A stretch of 64,000 nucleotides of DNA from Epiperipatus broadwayi. Taxonomy: Eukaryota > Animalia > Onychophora. The notes under the pieces are model-generated. The model worked only from the letters and a program-made list of their open reading frames with translations. It searched no databases and had not been told where the DNA came from. The translations under genes were made by a program, and so were the position numbers. Location: NCBI GenBank assembly GCA_028023455.1, contig JAQFVV010000006.1:9486001-9550000 (forward strand), given 5' to 3'. This document shows positions 24,641 to 37,611 of this stretch, piece by piece. The number at the start of each line of letters is the position of its first letter. Within the stretch, counting starts at the first letter, position 1.

Positions 24641-25239
24641 GTTGAGAAATCTACCTTATCACAAAAACAATAATAGTGAATTATGATTTTCTGATGGCTA
24701 ATATTTTAATTCTGAATAAGTGTAATTTGGTTTTATACATACATAAAATCTTTAAAATAAAATGCTTTAGAATATAAAAATTTAGATATTGCTGTTTTAT
24801 AATCAATAAAATGTAATTTATTGATAATAAATTAGTCATTCAAAAAAAAAAAGTCTAAATTTTTATTTTTCAAGTTTAAAAATTATTACAAAAGGAAATT
24901 GTTTTTTAATGTTTTTAAAAAAAAATGTATATATAAATTTATATTACAGAAATATTGTTAAAATGATTTTGTGTTGCAATTTCAAAATAAGTATATGTAT
25001 GTTATAGACTGTATATCAGATTTTTGCTCAAAGCCAGACTCATTTATAAATATAAACCAAATGAAAGTAGCCACCACTTATCAATACCATATCTTGATCG
25101 AATATTGAAGGTTCTTAATATTGGTAAGCATAGGCTGATTTCATGTAATTTATATACATTATAGTACAGAGCTTCCTACAACTAATTATAGAATAATCTT
25201 ACAATAAAAGAAAAATCCAATTTCTATCGTCATTTCTTA

Positions 25240-26330
25240 TCAGGAATGGTCCAAAGGCATTTGATGCCCTAGGCAGATTAGTAAGAAATCAGTAAAATAA
25301 AACAAACATGCCTTTCAAGAATATACATAACCACATTTGGAAAGGTATCACTCCTCAACTCCCTCATACTTCCCAAGATCATATATTATCGTGTGGGCTT
25401 TAAACCAACAAAAGCTTTCATTAAAAAAGTAGAATCCCACTGTCTGCGACCCTGTAGAGGCGGGCGCAGATCATTTATCAGTCTGCGCACCCTTCAAAAG
25501 CCAAGAGACAAAAATGGACTGGGACTGCACTCAATAAAAGCATGTGCAATATAGAGAACTCACAATATAATCTTTAAATTTTACTCTGACTGCAGGACCT
25601 TCCAATGTCCACTCCCCAAAGAACAAGTTCTTCCCAATGATAGACCGCCCCCTCTGAGGTGCACTCCCATCTGGCTATATTTTTGCTCACATCGTACCTT
25701 CTATGTTCAGTACAAAAATAACCTATTGGGAAGCCTTCAACCTATCCAACCCAAATACTCAGAAGGCACACACCTCCCCATTAACATAAACTGCACAAAT
25801 TAGCCCATAGGTTGAAATTGGCACCTAAACACACTGACTTCTTTCGCAAAATTAACCTAGGTAGCCTCTCCACCACCATATTTTTTAATAAAAGAGGCTT
25901 CGACATAGATCCCATCTGCTGTCTCTGTCTTTCCAGCCCGGAAGATATTGACCATATCCTTTGCCTTTGCCCAGTCTGGCAAGGACTAAGACAAAACTTC
26001 CAGAAACACATTAAAAATAATGGTCCAGATCTAACATCACTTCAAGGGTTATAAATAGAGGCATTTTCGCTGATATCAGGCTTGCCACATACATAAACTT
26101 TGCCATCTGGTTGACCAGATGCAAGTGATTTTTCAAAAATTACCGTCTGATGAAATTAATAACTGCTTCCTCAACATAATTAAAAATATTCAAGAAACAG
26201 ATAAGAGAGAGGCAGATCCATACCTGGCCATATTAACCTGGGAATTTACAACTGGCCTAAACAGTAACTGATCAACCACCCCCTAAATAATTTACTTGAA
26301 AATAACTATTAAGATTTAATAAAATCCTCC
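25240..26330 (+). pseudogene. Decayed L1/Tx1-type LINE ORF2 3' region with zf-RVT-like zinc knuckle
   Basis: 25812-26054 translates to KINLGSLSTTIFFNKRGFDIDPICCLCLSSPEDIDHILCLCPVW (C-x2-C...H-x4-C). Confidence 0.65.
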
Positions 26331-26597
26331 AACCATAGCTCACCAAAACAGGGCTTACTAACAATGGGATTTCATTATAGACTTGATGAATGATATATTC
26401 ACCTTGTATCTACTGACTAAGTTCTTCATTAACACTCATTTGTATTCTACTGACTATTGGATAAATCCTTCTTTGTATACATCATCCTATAACTTCACCT
26501 AGCTAATTTTTGTTGTTTCTTTGTATTGTCTATAGGTCAAATAAAATTTATCTTGAAAGAGAAAAATTAGTCATATATTACTTGACCTAATCTTTAT

Positions 26598-26900
26598 AAA
26601 AAAAAAAAAAGGCGGGTTATTTCTCTCTACCTTTTTTTAAAATAAAAAAAAACTTTAAAACCTCTTAAAAAAACCCCCCCCCTCTCACCAATGTTTTCTT
26701 TGCCCCCTCGTGAGGTATAGGTTTTCCTAAAAACCCCAACCCAACATTTTTTTAAAAATTTTTTTGGGGGAAAAAAATTTCCCCACTCTTCAACCCCCCC
26801 ACAAAAATATTGGGGGGGAACTCCCAAACATAATTATATTAAATAAATTTAATTTAAAAAAAATAAAAAAAAAAAAAAATATCTTTTTAAGCTTGTAAAT
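26598..26900. other. Homopolymer-rich low-complexity stretch, possibly low-quality assembly
   Basis: Abrupt mosaic of A, T, C and G runs starting right after a poly-A tract. Confidence 0.5.
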
Positions 26901-27000
26901 AAAAAACAGTGAGCTGTACTAATTGCTCTAACAAATTGTATTGAGAAATGCCATCTGGTGAAAACATTTTAAAATCTCTATTAAGAAACCACACCCTAAT

Positions 27001-27040
27001 CTCAGACCAATGGTTTCATGCTTCGGCACTCCTCAGTGAG
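27001..27040 (-). ncRNA. Complete minimal type I hammerhead motif (singleton family)
   Basis: CTCA CTGAGGA GTGC CGAA GCAT GAAA CC ATT GG TC TGAG: stems I, II and III all pair; GUC cleavage triplet. Confidence 0.7.
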
Positions 27041-27361
27041 GTGCTAGGGTAGTTTCAGACCTTTCTCTTTTAACTGATACTGACTATAGAACCCCTAAAT
27101 TGTTGTACTGTTGGTGACTGTCTACTGTGCCAATAGCTTCTGGCCTGATACTCATATTGTCACAAATTACTATCTCTTTAAATAACTGAAATTTATGACA
27201 GTACAAACACTTTTTCATGCACTTTATAATTATTCAAATTTAAAGGTAAATTCGTGTTGGATGAATAACATTAATGAATGAAAATTTCCTATATACATAT
27301 ATTGTGTGTGTGAGTGTAAATTTAATAATGTTATTTAAAATTACCAATGAAATACTTTTTT

Positions 27362-27458
27362 TTTCATGTCATAGTATTGACCGGGAGGTGAACCCACAAC
27401 CGTCTGCAACCAACTATTGTTTGCAAGGCGACTGTATAGGATGGTGAGTCTCGGCCTT
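27362..27458 (-). mobile_element. tRNA-derived SINE-like element, copy 2, abutting a G run of about 23 nt
   Basis: Minus strand ggccgaga...cagtcgccttgcaa.caatagttggttgcagacggttgtgggttcacctcccgg matches 2217-2320. Confidence 0.55.
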
Positions 27459-30344
27459 GGGGGGGGGGGGGGGGGGGGGGGCCTGACCTCTCGGCTATTT
27501 GTGGAAGGACAGAGAGTGGTTTTTCCAATGAAAATTATCCAAAATTCAAATATTTTTATTTCTAAAATAACTTAAATGAAAGTAATTCTCATTGTCACAA
27601 AGTCATAGTAGCTTAAATAAGTGTAATTATCCAGAAGTATGTAAGTTTATTTACCTATTTTTTTTCTAAAAAAAAACAGGAGAGAATAACAATTTATTTA
27701 TTTATTATCGGAAATTTTTCTTTTTTTTTAAAAAAAAAAAAATATTTTTTTTTTTAAAGAATGTATTAACTTTATTAATTATAAAAAAATAGTAATTATA
27801 GTTTATTTTTTCATTGTTCTGCTAATGTCTTAATTTATAAGTGGTAAATAAAATTATATCCTAGGTATGTATAGGAACTATATACGTATACATGTTGAAA
27901 ATATTTATACTATATATATGTTAAAAAAGATATAATGTTTGCTAAGAAGATATATAAAAATACATCTAAAGATGAACCAAAAGAACAGGTATGGAGAACA
28001 GCTTAAAAATACGGTCAAAGGTAGCAGGCAAAATGCACCCAATTATTGAGTATAATATACAAAGGCCGATAGAGATAAGCAGATAGCTATAAATCTTACA
28101 AAGAATAATTCAACTAAAATGTTGAATTAAAGCAAATACACTCCTACACAGCAGTTAGAAGGATGAATGGAAACCAGATTCAGAGAGGAGTAAAATAACC
28201 TCCTATATATAGATTAATGAGATATTGAAATTCAAGTAAAAACACGTAGATTGGAAAAAATGCTCAATTAGTTGTGCTATAAGGCAAACTTATAGATAAA
28301 TGGGCAGAAGAAATTGTTCTAGGTTTTCTCTTTAAGCCTATTAATATTCCTGCTTTTATCTTTGTTGATTATAGAGTATAATTATAATGCAGAGGATAGC
28401 AGTATTTCAACCTATATGGATGACCAATCAAAATTTAAACATTTTCACTTCTGCTGCTCAAATGTCACATGACTTTAATGGCAACAAACCATTCAGTTAC
28501 AGCGAGAAGTTGACTCATCCCTAGCCTGTTTTAAATCTAGCATAGTGCACGACTTTGGATCCATGTTAATTATAATTATCTAAGATTTCAGGTATCTGGA
28601 CTTTAATTTGCGTTTGCTATCTTTTCACTTTTCAACTCCGTAACATTCCTTAATCTTGTTTCTTAAGAAAAAAAATTTAAATTGTTATGAGAATTTTTAT
28701 GCATTTTCGTTCTCCTATCCAAGTTCTAATTTTCATGGAAGAGAGCATCTGAAATCAAATAATGTCATGCGACTAAAGTCATTTTCCTGGTTAATTTATG
28801 GTTAAATCCATAACATCAGTGGAATATAATCATAAGTCTAAATTATAATAAGCATTTTAAGTTTTTAAAAAATAGATAACTAACTGAATGGCATTATGGC
28901 TCAAGATTACAAAAGAAGTCTGAATGCCGGAAAGTGTCAATACTGGAATCGATCGAAGGACTTTACACCTGTCTGATGCTATACTGCTGCACTAAACCAT
29001 GTAGAACCCTAAGATTCAATTTGAAAGAAGACACTCTGTGAGAGTAAGCATTTTTACGGATTCCATTTTCAGGATAATATTTTCTGTTAAGGTCATAGTT
29101 AAGATCAAGTCCTTTTAAATTTGCAACGGGTATCACGAGCGTGAATCTAGTAAATAGACATATTCTCATGATTCTGGAACAAGTCCCTATAATATTCACA
29201 TAGACCTTTTGTAACATGTGGTTAACTTAAGACATCTAATCTGTGATTCCCAGACTGAGATTTCTTCTTAGCTCTAAAAACATAAAAATTTTAGACTTAA
29301 TCCTAACATTTTTGATATCTCTTTCCAGAGGACGTTAGCCTTCCCTTTATTAAATATTTTATGCTTCCCAAAATTCTGGTAATCTAGGTTTATTTTCTAA
29401 AACATTTGTTCCGAGGGTGCAATGAATCCAGATTTGACCTGCAGAACCAATCATCTCTTCATATTTAAAACCCTACCAAAGAAAGAAGTCAGATTCATTT
29501 GGAAATTTTAACTAATATATTCATCATCAGCCTTTTCATTATGGTTTCCTGAAATGCACAAGGTATTAGCAGAAATATTGTCTTCCAAAGATACAGATTA
29601 TCTCAAATTCATTCTCCAGCGAGGTGAGAGTCTATTCCATCAGTTGAGTACTCTCATCTAAATTAAGAAAGGTCAATTATTTTGACTTAATTTTTCAAAC
29701 ATAAATGAACATACAAAAATATTTCAGTATTTTAATTAAGAGTAACACCTTTCTGTCTTAAGAAAGGGCCTTATGGCAAAATAGTTAGCGTATTCAATCT
29801 GTCTTCCTCACAATTTGGATTAAGTGAATCTTCATGATTTTTTTCAAATCACAAAAGAGCTTAGGAACCATACCATAATGATCATTATCATAGCATTTCA
29901 GGACAGTCAAAATTGTAAGAATAAAGTTTTGGTATAAAAACAGTATTGTTGAAGTGAATAAGAAAGTTGGAAAGAGTATGATATGTAAATATATAAATCA
30001 ATCCATAAAAAAGGGAGAAAGAAGAAGAAAATTGTATTAAATAATGATCAGTAAATGGGTATCTAATTAATTTTGATTACTTAGTAAAAATCCCAGGTTT
30101 TCATAGGTTGGATAGATGTTGACGCATATGGCACAGCATTCACTTCTTCTGAGGGGAGGGAGGGGGACTGTTATACTTTGATAGCCATCAAGACCTTGGT
30201 TAATGTAACTTTTTTATATTTGTCTAAAACAGTGTAATGCATTTTAGTATTGGTGAATTTTAATCCAAAACCTTATTGGACATGATAGAAGTATATTCTT
30301 ATTTTTCTCCTTTTACTTTCTTTGCATTTCTTCATATATTCATA

Positions 30345-30460
30345 TATATTGCTTTGATGAAGACTGCAGGACAGTCGAAACTGCCAGGAAAATATAAGGA
30401 ATCATTAAAAAAAATTTTGCAGTAAAGTGTATATGAGGGGAGTTATTGTAAGCAATATAC
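30345..30460 (+). mobile_element. HH-B terminus; HHR 30350-30390
   Basis: TTGATGA A GACTG CAGGA CAGTC GAAA CTG; downstream flank shared with 43975-44045. Confidence 0.65.
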
Positions 30461-31559
30461 ATTAACTAGGTCTATATTCTTGAGTCAACAAATCCAGCAA
30501 AAAAACAATAGCCAAGAGCATTAAAGGTTGTCCAAAACCAACTGAACTCAGTCTTAAGACACCAACACTATAATTAACCAATGGTCTAGTTTTGTTAAAT
30601 GGCTTTTTGACTCTATAAAAACTTTTTTCCAAGAGTTGTTCCACTATTTTATGATCTATTACCAATCTTGTAAAGAAATTTATTGCACAAAAGGAACTCA
30701 CATCCTTAACATTACTCAGATATGCAAATTCTTTAACTGAATCAAAGTTTTGGCAATCTTTTTGAACCTTTGAGGTATTCCTTTCAGCTATTTGCAATCT
30801 AATATGCTGAAATAAGACACTTTTATAGAGCATGGATTTAACAATTACCCCATATATCAAAATGTTAAATATATTTACCAAAACAGAAAATTAAAAAAAT
30901 ATCATTGCTAGTGAGATTTTAGATTTAGCAATTTATTCAGAACTGGGGTCAAAAGAGAAAATAGATCATCTTAAAATTGATCAGGTGTTTATCGATTAAA
31001 GCAGTTCTGATTTTACGGTACTTCTCAAAATTTTGATTCCGTTGAATACGTAGAACAGAAACATTTATGTGAAATATTATTTGAGAGAAAAAAAATGATC
31101 TGCAGATAATATCCAGTTGAGCATTCCCTACACTGCACTTACTAAAAATTTAACTCGATGCAGAAAGAATAGACTGCTACTTGGCTTTATAACCCATGCT
31201 AGCCTTTTTAAACTTCTCTAAAATTATCCTGACAGTCAAGAAATATTTAAAACCACCCTAAGGGCCAATATATGTTTCTGAATAATATTGGAGATAATCC
31301 ATATAAAACTATCATATCCAACATTTACAAAAGTTGATATTTCCTGGAAATAGAAGGAAGCAGTTTTTTATTCCCCGAGACACTCTTGTCAGTACCATTT
31401 TTTCTATCGGAGATTATAAAGACTAAAATAACAGTCAGGGTGAAAGGAGATCTGATAATATTCAGCATTTTAGTTATGTATCTTAAATGATTTAGTATTA
31501 TCCAATAATCAAAATGCCTTTATTTTGGATGTAAAGGGATCAAGTGGTTCTGCCTTCTC

Positions 31560-31985
31560 TTGTGATGTGAGATGCACTGTGGCTTCTCATTTCTCAAAGT
31601 CAGGAATCACTCAGCCACTATGCCCAGACAGACCTATTAGCCACCTTACCTTCCCTTTCCAATCCCCACCCTAAGTTTTTCCCATATTCTTCTCTATCCT
31701 GTTCCATCCCATTTCCACAATATTATCTTTGTCCACTGCAATGCGATACACTGTGACTTATTTTTCAGAGTCAGGAATCTCTCAGCCATCAAGCCCAGAG
31801 AAACCTGTTAGCCACTTTATCTTCCCCTTTCCTTTCCCATATTCTTCTCTATCCTACTCCATCCCATTTCCACAACATAATTTTTATCAACTCTATGGCT
31901 TTTATATCTAAATCCTCCTTATCTGTTCCCAAACACAGCGTAAAAACCAAGAACCCACTTTCAGTATAATCACTTTGTATTTATT
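31560..31985 (-). mobile_element. Two tandem copies of a LINE/SINE 3'-end-like repeat; third copy at 34235-34500
   Basis: Shared agtcaggaatc.ctca...cctgttagccac.tta.cttccc motif; (CATCT)n-like tail on minus in the 34.2-kb copy. Confidence 0.55.
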
Positions 31986-32382
31986 CTTCAACTTGAGATC
32001 TAACAGTGACATCTGGTGCCCTTTTTGAATTTAGCAAAATTCTTTTTTTTTTAAAAAAATACTGGTCTCAGCTGTCAATTTTCTTACAAGTGTTTCTAAT
32101 TTATATTCCACTATAAATTGAACGGCATAGTGTTTATCTTGAAAGACTCAATCTTAGCATCTTGTTCAATTTTAATTTGTTCAACAAATAAAACTTATTC
32201 TGATCTGAATTGAACTCTAAATCATCTCTCACGTCTGAACAATTACATTTTAACTCTTTAATCCTTATCAAATTTCAATTTAATTATCTACAAATGATTT
32301 CCTTGTTCCGTTTATTCTTTCTTTAATATCTCTAGTATCATGTTTCCAAAATATAAACATGACAACAATTACCCACTTGATG

Positions 32383-32546
32383 AATATTTCTGTAGTGAAA
32401 TTTTCGTTAGATTACTCTCACACAAGATAGGAACTGGTTTCTGTCCACTTTTAATAATACCTTGTGGAGGGGTGTCAAAAGTGAATAAAACCAGTCCATA
32501 CCTTGTGTGAGAGTAGTCTAGTCAAAATTACACTACAAAAATATTA
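32383..32546. repeat. Foldback with arms of about 65 bp; partial second copy at 44785-44880
   Basis: atatttctgtagtg..tagattactctcacacaag mirrored by cttgtgtgagagtagtctag..cactacaaaaatatt. Confidence 0.6.
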
Positions 32547-33759
32547 CTCATTTAATGGATAATCTCTAGTCTAATGAATAATAAATTGATAACAATTATT
32601 AGTATGACAATAATGGATAGATTTTACCCATTTTATTAATTAGGAATCGTTTGGTTAATGTTTAATTATACCTTCATATGTAAAATCTATTTTATATCAA
32701 AGGATAATTTATATGCCTCACCCCACCAACCAGTTTATTGCAACCCTTCTATTTTGTCCTTAAATGCTTCTTTTAAAAAAATCAGATCATTGAAACCAAG
32801 AATTATTCATTGAATACTAATTAGTTTTGATTATATTAAAGAATAAATTTAAAATACATGTGAAATTTACAAAGGCAGATATAATTGAGACGAGCATTTT
32901 TTTGCTGCTTCAAAAAAAAACAATGGACATATCAGACATAATAGATGTCAAGAATAAAACATTATTCCTTCCATAATGAATTTATTTGGAAACTATAAGT
33001 GATTATATTGGTGTAATGTAAACAACTGCTTCTATAAATTGTTCTGTTTGTAAGATATTTTACTTTTTTATAGATTTTTAAAGCACGACAATCTTGTTCA
33101 ACGTTTACGTACACTCTGCAGTTTAAGGGCTATCCTGTTAATCATTTCAAACAGAAATTTCTGGGCAACAGTGTTTAACCACGTAGTTCACTTTTTTCAA
33201 ATAGATGGCATTAAATTCCAGTCGCCATATTTATTCTTTCCCAGTTCACAATATTTCAATGTTTTTCATTAACTTCAAATTTTATTCCTTTATTTTTAGT
33301 ACTTTTAAAGCAAAAGACTAATATAATCTTTTTTTTTTGTATGTTTGGAATTTTGTCTTTAAAACTTTTGTCCATCAATTTCCTCTAACAACAAGATAAT
33401 CTTCGTTAACATTCCAATTGGTCGGGAGGCTCCTCTACCCTTAATTTACAGTCTCCTACTATTTCACAACTTCTCTTGTTCAAAATCTGTTGCGTTTCAA
33501 TTAGTCTTCAAATTTTAATATTACTTTACTATAGTTTTGTAAGCGCTATTATCTATTGTTATCATGGTTTGGTCATATGATTTCGTCATTTTCCTTTTCG
33601 AGTTACTGTTTACCTATTATCTTAAATAAATTTATCAATTTCCAAGCAAAAAAAAAAACATGGAAATAAATAGGATTGCCTGCTTGTAAATATATTTTTA
33701 CTTTGCACTTAACTCGTCTCCTCTGTTATTTGGTTAATAATATTTATGTAAAGTGATTA

Positions 33760-34235
33760 AATCACTAAACATCATATGATCACCATTTATGCCTACACAA
33801 AGGCAAAAGTTCGTACAGTAGCATCACTCAGTGCAAGCCGGAGTAATCATTGAATGCAGGAAGGTTTGTGCATAAAATTTCCTATCTATTGCCTATTCAT
33901 CCAATATCCCCAGACTAGTTTGTAGCTTGTGACTTTCATCAGTGAGGAGCCTTGGATCTGAGAGCACAGCACCTAGATCTTAAGGATCTAATGCAATCCT
34001 CCAGCAGGCACTTTTTATCTATTAGCTAAATATAAAGTTTTTAAGTCCAAAATAAAAACACAATAACGTTTTCAATTAGTCATATAGATCTGAACTCAGT
34101 TAGGATTCATACTTTTTGGTGAATCGTGTTTTTCAATAATCATAGTCACCATAATCCTATTGGGCAGGATTAGTATTAAACCACTAAACATTATATGATC
34201 TCATTCTTTATGTTCACACAAGCTGTTTAAACAGA
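33760..34235 (-). mobile_element. HH-C locus 7: one full monomer plus a terminal direct repeat of about 50 nt, no inverted arm
   Basis: cactaaacat..atatgat at 33763 and 34182 (period 419 with internal deletions); HHR 33907-33948 with GAAA>CAAA. Confidence 0.85.
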
Positions 34236-34692
34236 TAAGATGAGATGAGATCACTGTGACTTCTCCTTTTCGAAGTCAGGAATCTCTCAACTACCATGCC
34301 CAGGTTAACCTGTTAGCCACTTTACCTTCCCTTTCCATACCCCACTCTGTTTTTCCCACTTTCTTCTCTATCCTGCTACATCCCATTTCCACAATATAAT
34401 CTTTGACAACTCCATGACTTTTATATCTAAATCCCTCTTATCTTTCCCCAGACCCAGCACCAAGAACCTATCTTCTATGTAATCACTTTGTTTATATTTA
34501 TTTTCCCACAACTCCAATTATTTGTGTCCTTTCTACTTGCAGCCTTCCTTACACAATTTGCACACTAAATCGTCCACATTTTTCCATTAATGTGTATATT
34601 CTCTTGTTGCTAAAAATCCTGTTCGAGCCTTAAATAGTAAACTATTTTCCTTGCTATTATCATAAATTAACTCGCAATATTCTGTTTATTTC

Positions 34693-36019
34693 TTTTTTTT
34701 TTTTTTTTTATTAATTAGAAAGATTAGATGTGAGAGAGTGTTGGGAGGGGGAAGAGTTGAGATATTTAGTTTTGTATAAAGAAAGAGAAATGAATATTTT
34801 TAATTGGAATTAAATAAAATGAATGAATAAATAAAAAAGGTAAATATAATTTAGAGGTAATTATTTGAAGAAGTAAAGATATGTTTAAAAAAGAATTTAA
34901 ATTAATAAATTATTAAATTTTATTTAAAATAATTGATTATTTTATCTGTAGTTAAAATGTTATTTGATTATTTTTATTTATTTGTTTAAAATATTTATTT
35001 ATTTATTTTTTTTAAGTTTATTTATAATTTTGTTTTTAGTTAAATTATATAAATGTTAAATTAAGTCGGGTGAATGGTGTATAGATTTGTAAAGTTATAT
35101 TAGGGGAGGGATTTGGTTATTTATTTGTGGTAAATTGGGTAATGGATTGGATATATTGGGTGATTAGTAGATGTAATATTGTTGTTGGGAGATGTATAAT
35201 GTTGTATGGAAGGAATGATAGTGTAAGTTTTTTATGGAGTTTTTGTTTTATTGTTTTTTGAGATAGATGTAATATTCCTATTATAGGGATTTTTTTTATT
35301 TTGTGTGATTTTATTAATTGAATAATGATATATAGATGAATTGATGAGTTTGATATGAATTTTAGTAAGGTTAAATAGGGATAGAATGTTTATTTTCAAA
35401 AGAAATTTATGTGGTTATTATTTAAATAAAAATTTAAATTTAAGTTGTTATAGGTGATGGATTGTTTATGTTAACTATATTTGGTTTTATATTTGATCAA
35501 AATATATAGACATTGTAAATAATGATATAGGTGAGTATTAAAATTATTTATTGAGGTTTTAAGTATTGGTGACAATGAATATTTATGGTGAATATATGGT
35601 TATATAAATTTTCTGAATTGTATAATGTTTTATATTTTGATGTTATGTTTGTGTGAAATGTTTTAATGTATTATTAAATCTATAGAATATTAAAAATTTA
35701 TAATTATCTGTAATAATTAAAAATTAAAATTAGAATATAATATAATTAAATTAAATTAAAGTAAGAATAAATTAAAAATAATGTTAAATGTTAAATTAAA
35801 ATAATATAAAATAATTTAAATTTATATATATGTGTAAATAAATTTTGTATGTTAATTACTGGAGTGGTATTTTATTTATTTTTAATTTGAAATTAATTAG
35901 ATAAGATATTATATTATTTTATTTGTTATGAGTAGTGATGTAAGATGAATATTTAAATAAAGGAATTAAAGTATTTATTTATAAATTTTTAGTAAATTAG
36001 ATAGTGATAATATATTGTG
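34693..36019. other. Cytosine-depleted block (13 C in about 1327 nt on plus; G retained)
   Basis: Direct count; for example 35101-35160 has 22 G and 0 C. Confidence 0.9.
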
Positions 36020-36029
36020 CAATATATTT

Positions 36030-37580
36030 AAACTCTTTTTACTCTCCATACTAGTTCTCCATCTCTCTAACTCCCTATTCTTTATCAAGGCATCTATTCT
36101 TCTATCCTAGTCCTTGTCTTTATTACACTCAACAATTCTCCTAACACAATCATCCCAACTTTTGTATAAGTATATTGACATAAATTCTTTATCCAAATCT
36201 TCTCCAAACCATACCTTCTTTACATCCATCTTGTTGCCTGCCCTTTACTCATAACCCAATTAAATATTATTTTGGCTATTCTCTTATTATTCATAAACTG
36301 CAATCTATAGAACATTTTCATTTTGCTTTTTGCATCTCTCATATAAAAGCTTGACCATCCCATTTCTCCTTGAATCACCTCATTTGCCATCCACACAAAC
36401 TCAGCTAATATGTCTTTCTACTTCTCTTTGTACTTTTTCTAACTAATCTAACACCCCTTTACTTACACATAACGCCTCACTATCATATGTTAGCCCTGCT
36501 ACTGCCACTGCCTTCCATACAATTCTAGCTACATCATATTTATTATGTGAGAACACTGTTAATTTTTTTATCAATTCCTTTCTTTTCTTTGCTTCATTTA
36601 TCAACTTTTTTTCCCATTCATCCAAGCAATTTCTCTGATTACTTAAGACAATTCCCAAATAGTTATACATATTCATCACACTTAATTTTACATTCCCCAA
36701 TAAAAATTCTTTGTCTGCTCTTTCCCAGTATTAATCATCATTACTTTTGATTTTTCTTTGCTAAATTTAATCCCTATCTCTTTACCCACCCTTGCACACG
36801 TTCTCAACATAACTTCCATATCTTCCCTTCTTTCTGTACACAAAAAGACATCCTCCACAAATAAAACTCAATAATGTATATACTCCCTTGCCACCTATTA
36901 ATGGCATCCCCACTCCTCTATAGTCTTTCTATTACTCTTTCCATTTCTCTCAAATACAACAAAAACAAAATAGGTAACAAGGGCATCCTTGCCTTAATCC
37001 CATCCCATTTTTTAACTTTAATTTACTCTGTACTCCCTAATTGATACATATAGTAATTATTTTCATACAATCTCCATTCCCAAATTTACTAAACTTACCA
37101 TTTTTATTTAATCTATCATATGCCTTCTCTATATCTATAAAAGCCATACATAACTGTATATTTCTACTCATATCTATAAGTTGTGTAACTACAAATAAAC
37201 TATCTCCTATATGCCTATTCGATTGAAAACCTCCTTACATTTCTCCCACTATATTATTTTCTTCTATCCATTTTGTGACCCTTCCAGCCACCAAATACGC
37301 GAAAACTTTATATAACACTGACGTTATCGGTCTATAATTATTTAACTTTCTATGATCCTTACCCTTTCCTTTAAATAGTAGCCTTATTCTTGTATTACTT
37401 CAATTATCTGGAAAATCTCTCTTCTGTATCATTTTATTAAAACATGATAATACGTTTAATTTTGCTCTATGTCCTAAATTTATTACCATCTCTGCTGCCC
37501 ATCCATCTAAATTTCTTGCCTTTATACTTGTCAATTTCTTCCCTGCCTCATTCAGTTAATTTTCTGCAAACCTAATAGTT
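36030..37580 (-). pseudogene. Decayed non-LTR retrotransposon RT and C-terminal region (clade not assigned)
   Basis: Minus-strand motifs NYRPITSV, AFIDIEKAYD, GLRQGCP, LFVEDV, YNYLG, WKAVAVAGLTY, WRTSMESKKSL. Confidence 0.8.
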
Positions 37581-37611
37581 CCATTACTATATGCTTTTAT
37601 ATTTGTTAACA

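Noticed and set aside
26627-26827. ORF 26627-26827
   Set aside because: Lies within the homopolymer-rich low-complexity patch.
28700-31500. Possible very old minus-strand LINE
   Set aside because: Only isolated 3-4 residue resemblances to RT motifs; not enough to support a feature.
31560-31985. GGCTAACAGG in the 31.6/34.3-kb repeat as an HDV J4/2-P2
   Set aside because: The complementary CCTG lies downstream, giving a simple hairpin rather than the nested pseudoknot.
34693-37580. Twin-priming 5' inversion as the explanation for the C-less block
   Set aside because: The block lies at the 3' side of the minus-strand LINE, the wrong side for twin priming, and its 1% C is far below the LINE's own skew.
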